Made by a program: the position numbers and the translations under genes
Origin: Octopus vulgaris
Taxonomy: Eukaryota
Direction: 5' to 3'
Assembly (NCBI GenBank): GCA_951406725.2
Contig: OX597823.1
Span: 113,832,001-113,896,000 of the forward strand
DNA length: 64,000 nt
The notes under the pieces: generated by a model
Told to the model about the DNA's origin: nothing
Databases searched by the model: none
Seen by the model: only the letters and a program-made list of their open reading frames with translations
In this document: positions 52,706 to 64,000 of the stretch, in pieces
Layout: each line of letters opens with the position of its first letter
Position numbering within the stretch: position 1 is the first letter of the stretch

Positions 52706-54216
52706 GAAATAAGATTAAGATTAATGTAAAAAATAAATATCACTGAAGCAAAATAACACCAAATATATAGTGCGTGTGTTTTTATTGGCTAAACTGGCAA
52801 TATGACCATTCCGAAATATAACAATATATATATATATATATATGCATGTATATATGGATATTATATTATTCTATGTTATACATAGTCTGTGTGACACTGT
52901 TGTTACTGAGGTATGCTATCTTTGACTCTACCTTGGTGTCTCATTATATTACCTCGATTCTATTAGATCTCGAAAATAATTGTATATATATGCTTATAGG
53001 TATATGTGTATAAGTACAAAATATGTGTGTCTTCGTGTGTTTGTGTGTGTGTGCGTGCGTGTATGCGTGAGCCTGCGTAGGATTAGGCCAGAAGAATTCT
53101 TTGAAAATTTGAACAACGAAAGCGTTTACGAATAACATTTTCGTGCCATTGTTTTTTAAATAAATTCTTAAATAGTAAATAGGTTAAATAGTAAGTAAAA
53201 ATCATTCATTACACATTTCTACTGTGTTGGGTATTTTTGGCAAAACTTTTTCCTGACCATTCCGCTTTCGTCTTTCTGACAAAGAGCCATACTCACAACG
53301 CCACAACCACTCTTTCTTCCATCTTAAACGTGGTGTCAAACTAATGCATTCACTGTGAGCACCCTTTACACTTCCTTTTGCTTTTTACATATAAATTTGA
53401 TTTGCCAATGTGTGAGTGTGTGTGTGTGTGTCTGTATGTGTGTGTTCGAAATAATTCTTTCTAGTTTTCGCACAATCCCAGTAATTTTGAGCAGTGCAGA
53501 AATCAGTTACATTGACCCACGTGCTCAGCTAGTTATTTTCAAACCCACAAAATGATTAAAAGAAAGTCAACCTCTCTGGCATTTGAAACGAAAACCTACG
53601 GAGAACCCACACTCTTATATATTCGTAATAATGATAAAGTCATTCAGAAGAAATGTTGAAGGAATAGTTTCATAGTTTATTTGGATACAGGTGGATGAAG
53701 TACTTTATTTCCCAAGGAAATCCAATTAAACCGAAAGAGAAATAAATTAAATGAAGTTAAATAAAATAAATATTTACGTAATTATATTTAACAAATTATC
53801 TACCACTTGAGAATGCTTGTGTCTCTAGTAAGGGGAACAAGTCCAGTTTTATCTAATATTCAGATAATTAGGTTCATATAAGGACTGTAATTGTGGCACA
53901 AATTGAATAGCGTGTGGGAGCCTCGTGATATTTAAGTAGGAATTATAATAGTAAGTTTATATGCTTGTCCTGTTTCTGTTATTGTGTTCTCTCCAATGTC
54001 TTTGTGAAGGGGCCATGTGATTAGAGAGGTTTGGCGCCACGTTTCAGTCATTCTACTCACGTGATGAGTGAGTACGTAAACAACGTTCTGAGCCGAGATT
54101 AGTCAATAAAACTAAGAGCGTTTCATCTCCGTGTATCATGGCCTTTATAAAATTGTACTCGCAAAGGTGGCTAGAAAGCAAATCTGTAATATCGTACACG
54201 CTCAAATAATGTCCCC

Positions 54217-54276
54217 ATCATCTTCATCATCGTCATCGTCATAATAATAATAATCATCATCATCATCATAATGACT

Positions 54277-54321
<45 letters not shown>

Positions 54322-54322
54322 G

Positions 54323-54369
<47 letters not shown>

Positions 54370-54456
54370 GTCATCATTATCATCATCGTCTTCATCGTCG
54401 TCGTCGTCATCATCATCATCATCATCATCATCATCTTCATCAACAACAACAACAGC
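54217..54456. repeat. (ATC)n/(GTC)n microsatellite
   Basis: Direct reading of the sequence. Confidence 0.95.
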
Positions 54457-54537
54457 AATCAACCTTTTTTGGCGATACGATGATCATTGATGTACACTAT
54501 CGACATTTCTTCTGTTTGTCATCAACAATATTCCACT

Positions 54538-54594
<57 letters not shown>

Positions 54595-55442
54595 GATCGA
54601 TAACTTGTCTTATATTTATGTATCAACCAGCGCTCGCCTCAGGTCTTTATCGGATAAGAAGTTATTTTATAAAGACGATTTTTTTATGGCATTGACGTAA
54701 ACACCAGCATCCAGTGAAACACAAATATTGATAAAAGCAACAAATATATAAAACTACGAACAGCAAGAGGAATATTGCCAGACTAACGGAAAAAAACGTT
54801 AAACTTATCTAGCTGCAGGAAGGCGACGAAACATTAACGAGTGATCACATTGCATCAGATTTCATTCGATTAATGAGATATTTTCTTAAGAAGACACCTT
54901 CGTTAATACTGTTATACGATATTTCATTTGCTGTAGCTGTTTATTGTTGTGAGTTTCTTGTTATTTTTCTGGTTGTTTATCATTGTTTGCTTTTGATGGA
55001 TTATATGCTCTATAATCCATTGATTGCATTTGTAATTTTTATCTTATTTGTTCCTTTTGCAGCTCGCTGTGAATTTTGATGTTGTTCTTGTTGACGATGA
55101 TGATGATGATGATAATGATTATTTTCTTTATATATCGTTTGTTTTTTACTGTTCATGTTTCGTGGCGACATATGCTTTTTTAAATGTTGTTTTTTTTCTT
55201 TTTTCCCGCCGTTTATTTTTCCGTTTCTTTCCGTTGTGTATCGACGTGTCTCGTGTTGTTTACGATACCCTCTTCTTCTCTTTCCATTTTTTTTTTCTTC
55301 GGTGATATATTTCTAGTTATCTGCCGCATTGTTTTAGATGCCATTCTTGGTGTTGTTGTTGTTGTTGTTGTTTTCCACGCTGGAAATGCTCTCGTCATCA
55401 GATCTTTAGTCTTTACACATACGCGCCGCTCACAAAATCACT

Positions 55443-55493
<51 letters not shown>

Positions 55494-55599
55494 GTATATT
55501 TCTTCCTCGCGTTTTTTTTTTGTTTTAGCTGAAATTGATGACTGGGTGACAAAGCGATAATGACGACTGCGAAGACCGTAATAATAACGATGGGGACAA

Positions 55600-55659
55600 T
55601 ACTGATGTTAATGATGATGATGATGATGATGATGATAACAGTTATGATGATAATAACAG

Positions 55660-55699
<40 letters not shown>

Positions 55700-55706
55700 G
55701 ATTATA

Positions 55707-55739
<33 letters not shown>

Positions 55740-55758
55740 GTGATGATGGTGATGATAG

Positions 55759-55789
<31 letters not shown>

Positions 55790-56020
55790 AATGAAGATTA
55801 TGATGAGGATGAGGATGATGATGAAGATTATGATGATGTTGATGATGATGATGATGATGATGACGACGACGATGACGACGACGACGATGACGACGACGAC
55901 GATGAAGATGGTGTGGAAGAGGAGGGAGCGGTCGAGAAAACGAAGAGGACGTGGAAGACGAGGAAACCACGACGGCAACGACGGCGAGGATATCGATGAT
56001 GATGATGATGATGATGATAA
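55600..56020. repeat. (ATG)n/(ACG)n microsatellite
   Basis: Direct reading of the sequence. Confidence 0.95.
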
Positions 56021-56928
56021 TTAATAGAAGGCATTGGATCAAGGAATATTCGACGAAATTTGCGATGCTATTCACACTGATAATGATAATGTTGGTCGTG
56101 CTAAAATTGATGACACTCGGTATAATGATTTTAACGATGACTACAATGTTGATAATGTCGATGAGAAGGTGGAAGATGAAGAAGGAGAGATGGCATCAGA
56201 TTACAATCTTTTGTTATTACCGCTCTCTTGTTAATAACATTAAAATCAGAAACCCTATTCATTGAATTACACGTGTCATAAATGGTTTTAATATATTCTT
56301 ATCTCTTTCTTTTGCATTTTCATGTACATATTCTAAAACTCATATAAACAATAACAGCATAAAAGAACAACAATGACAATAACAAAAAAGGGTATCAGAT
56401 TTATTCGTTCTGTATCTTGTATTATCCATTCCACCTGAAGCTATGAATAATAAACTGTGAAGAAACATATCAAAGACACTCTACGAGTGATTGAGTCTTA
56501 AATTAAATGCAAAGTTAAAGACACAATAATTGAATCTGTTGTTGGATTATAGTAGAACACTTCTCAAATAATATATGGATCAGACTGAAAGTTGCTCTGT
56601 GTAAAAGTGGTTAGAGCTTCCATATTAACTAGTTCTACGTAACGAAAATCGGCCAGAGAGAAAGAGAGAGAGAGAGAGAGGGGGGGGAATTTGCGCATGT
56701 GTGTGTGTGTGTATGTTTAGTTTGTCGCCGTCAGCGAATAAGAAATGGGAAATGAGGTAAACTCAGTCACAGAATCAGAATCTCCTTTTGTTATTAGATA
56801 AACGGGAAAACATTTATCTCTGCACTTTTTTTTTTTCAGGTATTCGTTACATTACATTTATATACGGCAGTGTGTTTGTCTGTTGCGTACGTGTTCGTGT
56901 ATGCGTATACATAGATATATACATGCAC

Positions 56929-56984
<56 letters not shown>

Positions 56985-56987
56985 CAC

Positions 56988-57040
<53 letters not shown>

Positions 57041-57211
57041 CATATATAGAAATTCGGGGTGAGTACTTGATAATTATAAGCACCTGTGTATACCGTTTGG
57101 TGGTGTAGGTGGTGGAGTAAATTGTTTTTATTTTTATTTTTATTTTTATTTTTATTTTTATTTTTATTTTTATTTTTATTTCTATATACATATATATATA
57201 TATATATTTAT

Positions 57212-57300
<89 letters not shown>

Positions 57301-57444
57301 TGTATAGATATATAGAAATATTCACAATCTCTGTAACATAGACACATCTATGTAGGCTCTTACCCTTATAATTTAGAATAAATTCTAAACGGCCAACTGC
57401 TTTATGTATGTATGTATGTAAATATGTATGTATGTATGTAAGTC

Positions 57445-57930
57445 AAGTCACTTTCGAGTACTACTGGTAACATGTAACCCAGTACAACCTGTTGCATGGT
57501 CCGGCTGTTGGCGACTAAACCGGCAACCCCACCAAGCTTGCTTGGTGAGGAGGATGTTTATTGGACCCCCTGCGGGATGAAAAACAAAACCCCTCAAAGG
57601 GCGGAGGAATTCTTGAGAGTCAACGGCCATCCAATAAATGTGGTTTTTTTTTTTTAGGCTTAAGGCTCTATCATGCGCGGGCACATAGAAATAATCGGAC
57701 TGAATACCCGATCGCGCGGTTAAACCATTGGGAGTGAAGGACTCCTAGCCTTTGTTGGGGCATCTTTCTAGGAGAAGGTAATTCAGGTAACTGGGATAAT
57801 TCCTACATAAAACCTGCGGCTCAGTGGTTACCGATGATGTTGACTTGTTCTTCTTTTCGGATTATGGCTGCTGTTGCTTAGTGAGTGGGATTGACTCAGT
57901 GCACAGCCTTTCCTCACTTTAAAAAAATAT
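57445..57930 (+). mobile_element. Probable RTE-like LINE 5' UTR fragment following (TATG)n
   Basis: GC-richer, hairpin-rich segment with ggggcatctttctaggagaaggtaa...aaaacc, resembling RTE 5' UTRs. No ORF follows. Confidence 0.45.
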
Positions 57931-58254
57931 CTGGGTAGCAGTCTGCATTTTATTGCAGCCTCGGTATGATATAACTGGAAAGATGCATATTAAGACTCAT
58001 ATTAATGCCCAGATCACGAACTAATTTTAATTTAGGGATTGCTATCCCTCCTGTGCCAGTGTGCCTTGTCTGCATTTCATTCAACTTCATGTGCTGGTAG
58101 CAAAGGTCTTAGCCAGCATTAGATTGCAGGCTGTTGCAGCCCACCCGTATATTGCGTCCATTTCCCGGCCATCTCCCGTTGCCTGTGCGCAGTATCTCCA
58201 GGATTCCGTTTCCTCTAAGAGATTTTTGTGTGTGTGTATATACATACATACATT

Positions 58255-58290
<36 letters not shown>

Positions 58291-58326
58291 TATATATATA
58301 TATATGTATATAAGTATGTGCATTTG

Positions 58327-58370
<44 letters not shown>

Positions 58371-58796
58371 TGCGTGGAAACGTAAACGAGTGACGTGTGT
58401 GCATGGGTCTGTTTGTGACAGCGTGTATATGTATTATGCATGCTTTTACATTTATGCATGTGCACAAATATGTTTATGTGACTGAATGTAGCCACACCGA
58501 GACAAAGCTGCTTTATGAAAATACTCACTTTTGAATGGATACTTTCCACGTTATGTTTATATGCAAAACGATCGACGCCATAAACTCTGTTTTCAATAAA
58601 TTGTATACGATCCGGGGTTATGGCTGCACACATTTGCATATAATCTAATTTGCATGATATATTCAAAACACATAACCAAGCCATCAGTCGAACAAGACAC
58701 AAAGTGAATTCAACTTTATATACAAATAACACATAATGAGTTTGAAAGAAAACCTATTCCCTGCATATACACATATATTCGTACACATACAGAGTG

Positions 58797-58879
<83 letters not shown>

Positions 58880-58939
58880 TTGTGTCTGTATGTATGTATA
58901 AATAATGTACTTACACACAATGCATGTGAGCGTGTGTGT

Positions 58940-58978
<39 letters not shown>

Positions 58979-61900
58979 ATATGTATGTATATATATATAT
59001 ATATATATGTATATGATTGTATGTATGCATGCACACATATTAATACCATAATATTGACAATAATTCAATAAAAAGCAAGTGTTCTAAGACGAGTACACGG
59101 GACTATAGATCAAAATAATATGAGTTACGTTAAATTTGAATAAATTTAGCATTGTCGCTAAGGTGACTTAGCATATTACGAGAAAGACTTTAATAGTATG
59201 GATAAAATAAATTCAGTTTCTAAGCACTTCTAAGCTTAACATTAATGTCTCTCGATTGAATATGTTGCGTATGGTAATTCTTAATGCAATGTTACACTAC
59301 AATTTTCTTTTCTTCCTTCTAGTAAGCATCTGTTGGGCATTTGCATTGAAATAAAGCTGCATAATTTTATAACTTTCGACTAGAGTTTCCCCATAATCAT
59401 TCAACTGGTTTACGAACGCATAATTTTATCCTGGCACTAGAAATATTATCACGCAATCCAAGACGTTTATGGCATTGTTCCAAGACCATAAAGAAAGAAA
59501 ACTAACTTTGCTATTTCCATCAATCAATCCATCCACCCAACCATTCGTTAATCCATTCAGTAATCTCTTTATTGTATCTTCTGAAAGTGTAGCTAGAAAT
59601 CAACTGTGTCGAATACTTTAATCTGATAGATCCATCTGTGGGCTATTCACACTACAGAGAGATCTTAAAATGCCAGTTTAATTTTTACTTCTGACATAAC
59701 TTTAGATCAGCACAATGTTTATATTGATATATGCAACACTAATCGCATATACATTGGACTCGGTACCACATACGACAATATTATTATGCGAGTGAACATG
59801 CATATTCTATATTGAAAATAGTAGCAATTCTTCTTAAAGTTGGAGCACACATAAAGTCAGCGAACAGCCTTCCAATACTTCTGTTCTTTAGACGAGAAAC
59901 TTGGGCGCCATGATGTTCTCTATATGCCGCAAGCATTTGTAAAATAAAGTCGTCAGGTAAATCAGTTGCTATCTGCGGGCGGCGATCTTTAGCTGTGTGC
60001 TGCGAGATTGTAACATTTCAAGGAGTTTTGTATGAGATTCTAATTATCTCTGTTTACTGTTTTCAACTCTGTTTATACTAACATGCACTGAGTCCTGAGT
60101 CACATCTGAAATAAGCACTTTGATATGATACGAACAGGTGACTATGCGGGCCAGTCATTTTGGTATGATTTGCTAACCGAAGTATACTATACTCACACAC
60201 GCTGTATAGCCATTGAGATATAAACAGGAAAAGATATTCAGGAATGCTTTGTTCTTGTTTCCTTTTAATTTGTGCAAAATAAATAAAGAGGCAATCGATG
60301 ACTAATATAATGGGCAGATTTAATTAGGGTGAAATGAAAACAAAAATATATTTCGAGTGATTTTCAGGGCTACTTTTGATGAAAGACGAGATGATATGAA
60401 TAAAGTTAAGGAAAAGAGAAAAATCTCGGTCGTGTGGTGATATTTTGCTGCCAAACACTTTTCATCTGATGAAGCTAACAATTCAGGAACTATAGCTTAA
60501 AAACTTCAAATTTATAGAAGGCTTAAAAGGTGGAAAGATTGGGTCTTTGTCCATTTCTAAAGAACGTTAATGAAGTAATTAATTCTGTATTGTCCTGGAC
60601 GAGTAATTTTCTGTAAAATTAATTTTAGATATTAGCTAAAAGACTTGATTCGATACCAGAAGGCAGATCGCCAGAATATCCGTTAGTAAATAATATGTAC
60701 GTAGTAAATTGAGTTGAAATTACTATTAACACAGATGGTTAATAAACAATTTCAAAGTATGTAATTTTATGTAAGGAAACACACACAAATGGTGGACACT
60801 ACAATCTCATCTTCAAGTAAAATACAGTTCAAAATATATTTAGGGTTAAATGAAAACGAAAAGAATATTTCGTGGCGATTTAGAGGACTTCTTTTGATGA
60901 GAGACGAGAGTTGGTTCTGTTAGAGATTAACTCTATAATATAATATAATATTAATCCATAATCTATCCTCCAGAAATGTCTCTTGCCTGTGCATCAGGAT
61001 AGACGCAGAATATATGCTGTTTCATCATCAGTATTCTAATCCCATTTCGTATGTACTTTGTATTTCAAAGAGAACAGGAAATAGGGGCCGTAATATAACG
61101 ATACCGCGTTATTTATAAGAAATCTCCTACAAGTTATATTGGCATACTGTACCCACGTCTCGTTTATTACCAATTGAAGTCTACAAGAAATGAATTAAGA
61201 GTGTAAGTTTTAAACGAACCACTATAACGAAAACCTAAATCTTGAGTCGTTAGCGTAACTCAATATGGAGCTGTGTATTGACAAAATCCGTCCATTTCAT
61301 GATGAATGTCAAATTAAACAGCATCAAGGAAATAAGCTAAGTGTAATCAATAATATCATATAAAAGAAATCTCCCTTTAATTGAATGAGAGAACAGTGTA
61401 AGATGGATGTTTTCTGCTGTACACATGTATTATGAATCACAGATGAAATAGCGATATATCATCCAATACACACTAATCAGATGTAGATTAAAAGTTTTAA
61501 CACATAATCCATCCTCCAGTGCTTTTCTTAACAACCAACTTATTTTTCATCCAGTTAAAATATTTTCTCATATTTTAAGCAGAGATTCCTACATTGATAC
61601 TGAGGGATTATTTTATGTTTTCCATTGCCCCTTCATTAGACGGAAAGTATTTATTTATATTCCATTGAATTTACTGGAATTAGCGCGTTACAGATAATAG
61701 AATAATTTCGATGATAAATAAGCAGGCAGCCATACAATCCGTAGTCGATTAAGTACTTAATAATCAAACATTAGGGCCGAGTAACTATAAAGAGGTATAT
61801 GAGGGGGATCATCTAATCTTCATTGGAAGGAGATGCATTGAATAATTAAATAATGTGGTTTTGATGATGGTAGAATGTCGAAAGCATCGATTGTTTGTGG

Positions 61901-62344
61901 TGCCACTGATACTGATGGTAGGAAATGAAAACGTTATCTTCCGATCAAAGAACTGCCTGAAAAGTTTGCAACAAAATGAATTCCGATGAAGAAAGACTTA
62001 GAGCAGCTTCTGTCCAGTACCTTTGATTACATCAAAGATAATAGGAAATACATTAGAATCGAACTAAAAAATATATTTGCAACTGGTGTGCTGCATCAAA
62101 TACATTTAAAACTTAAAATATATAAGGAGAATGATGCCAGAGTCTGGTTTTTTGGAAGACAAATTAAATAATCTGAACATAATGTCTTAGTAGATCTCCA
62201 CAGTAGTACGTAGACATGTGTATGTCAGCTACATAAGATGAGAAAGCGATATATAAGTCTCGACACAGATTGTACATAAGCTAAATATGCAATGTTTCTT
62301 TGTGTGTGAGATTAACCATGACCTATACATGTAAGAATCCCTTC

Positions 62345-62720
62345 TCCCGATGCTACAGATGATGTCTGAGGAAACGGTATAAACTGATGCAGCTCGAAAC
62401 TAGTTTTATCACAATTATTGCAGTCAGAATGCAGTAAATCGGAGCAGATATTACAAGGCTCAAGATTTGGTGCGCTAACAACTCCACCAATTCATAGCTC
62501 TGAAATTCTAAATTTTCTGTGTTGTGTATTGAAAATATTTGCATGTGCGAAGGATATATGTGATCAAGTATAAACATAAATATATACATGAGACCGCATC
62601 CGCATAGCTGAAACGAATAAAAGAATGAAATGATGGCGGTATTTTCCCAACATCAACCCCAGATATTGTTTCAGTCAGCTGGCATCAATACGTGTAGTCA
62701 GCTCTCCTGTATCTATGGGC
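62345..62720 (-). pseudogene. Possible ancient hAT (ZMYM1/DUF4371-like) transposase remnant
   Basis: QSYELVELLAHQIL...APIYCIL...SLYRFL loosely matches QNELIxLLAxxI...AxxFSIxxD...SLxxRF. Confidence 0.35.
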
Positions 62721-64000
62721 TTGTGCTTTTGATACTCAAAAACTTACAGTAGTATCTTGTACCAAGCCACTCTCATTAATTAACCATTCAATTAGTGGTA
62801 ATAATTTCTCTTTAGTTGCTGCAGACACTCTCTGCATTCACTGTTTCATTACCACAGTTTTATACATTAAGCATTACTTCATATGGGTTTACTGCTAAAA
62901 TAAATTAGGATTATGTAGAATTAGTTAAAAGCGGCCTAGGTGCAGTACTTAGGTTTGGACATTAACGATGAACAAAAAACGAAATTCAAGTAAAAGGAAA
63001 GACAGAGAAGTTATGCTGCAGCAAAATATGTTGGCAAAGCTAAAAAGGCAGCCACAGAAACGAGTAGCTGATATTATCAACTTTTCTTAAGGAGTATACG
63101 TGATTGAACATGTTCTATGAAATTATAGGAATATACAAAAATGTTTAAACAGTTTTGATAGAACTTATGGGATGAAAAATTTAATATACTTATGGGTTTA
63201 TGTGTGTGTGTGTGTGCAACTCCTCCGATGAGCGAGCTATTGTTTTTTTTATGTCTTTGAGGGTACGGTTAAGTACCTCTGGAGCCCCATGATATGACAG
63301 TGCACTCATACAAAACAATGAAGTAAGTTTGTTGGAGAACTGTTGCCGCTGCTGTGTTTTCGAAAATGTTGCACATTTGACATTCTTTCATTGCGATGTG
63401 TGGAGGGAGCTTGAATATGGAATGAACAGTTCTTCACCCACTGAGGAAGGCAGCTGCGATACCAGAAGATGCAGCACTGGAAGATTAGATTTTTATTTCC
63501 TCCCATTTAGGTTGCAGGTGCAAATGACAAAAATATTTGGTTTTCCATATGTCCTGACATATGTCATTGCATCTTGTGTCCATTCGAGCATATATAGAGG
63601 ACCACCTGTGAATGATGATGCAAGGATTATAAGTTGCCCCATGTTTTGAATATCACCATCTGTTTTTCAGAGCATCTTTGAAATCAGCATAATTTTTAGT
63701 CCTCAACATGTTTTGGATGGCACGAATGCAGAGGAGACACTGCTGAAATAGATCACGATCACGATATATGTGTAACGAATTTGATTGTTCTAGTCTTCAC
63801 TTTAGTTACTAAGAATGGAAGTCATTTGACGACACCTATTTGTTTGTAATTGGTGCTCCTATTGCAGGTTCAATCTGGGGAATATTGAAATGAAACCCAT
63901 CTTGTCCATTCCACAAACAAAGAGGATCCTTTGGAGCATCCTAAGAGCGATGAGTTTCTGAAAAACGTTTAAGTTTGTTATCTCGAGCACGAATGACAAT

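Larger units (their letters stand above)
50810..52827 (-). mobile_element. Young 5'-truncated Penelope-like retroelement with inverted pseudo-LTR
   Basis: 286-bp apparently identical inverted repeats (50859-51144 and 52542-52827), a ~45-bp tail beyond the 3' copy, RT thumb + GIY-YIG coding sequence between them, and (AT)n flanks. Confidence 0.95.

Noticed and set aside
55900-56265. Acidic ORF 56034-56234 and flanks as a real gene
   Set aside because: Composition is explained by decayed (GAT)n repeats; no splice or homology evidence.
58060-58220. GC-rich minus-strand segment ending ...gctggctaagacc as an HDV-like ribozyme or exon
   Set aside because: No P2/P3 pairing partners found; the reading frames show no recognisable domain.
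60461-60512. CTGATGA-agcta...tagct hairpin as a hammerhead
   Set aside because: GAAA is replaced by taaaaa and helix I cannot form.

Overview
AT-rich, microsatellite-saturated eukaryotic DNA with no intact protein-coding gene. The SINE families and repeat landscape suggest an octopus/cephalopod genome (inference). Nearly all ORFs in the supplied track are translations of simple repeats. Recognisable content: two full-length but decayed Tc1/mariner elements (DD34E IR/DR type at 15751-17370; DD37D maT type at 28437-29726) plus mariner fragments; five Dong/R4-type non-LTR retrotransposon remnants tied to (TAA)n tracts; RTE-type 5' UTR fragments; many tRNA-derived SINEs; and one young, 5'-truncated Penelope-like element (PLE; RT thumb + GIY-YIG) with a 286-bp inverted pseudo-LTR. 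The main hidden signal is RNA structure. About nine short repeat families, mostly sitting in (AT)n tracts and often arranged as inverted or tandem copies, each carry a minimal type I hammerhead ribozyme fold (helix I / CUGANGA-like box / helix II / GAAA / palindromic helix III / NUH). Several have non-canonical cores (compensatory U3-A8, A6U, U4C, A9C, long helix II loops). One is a young 362-bp tandem-plus-inverted retrozyme-like array, and one lies downstream of a tRNA-derived B-box segment. All folds were assigned by eye; none has been computed or tested.
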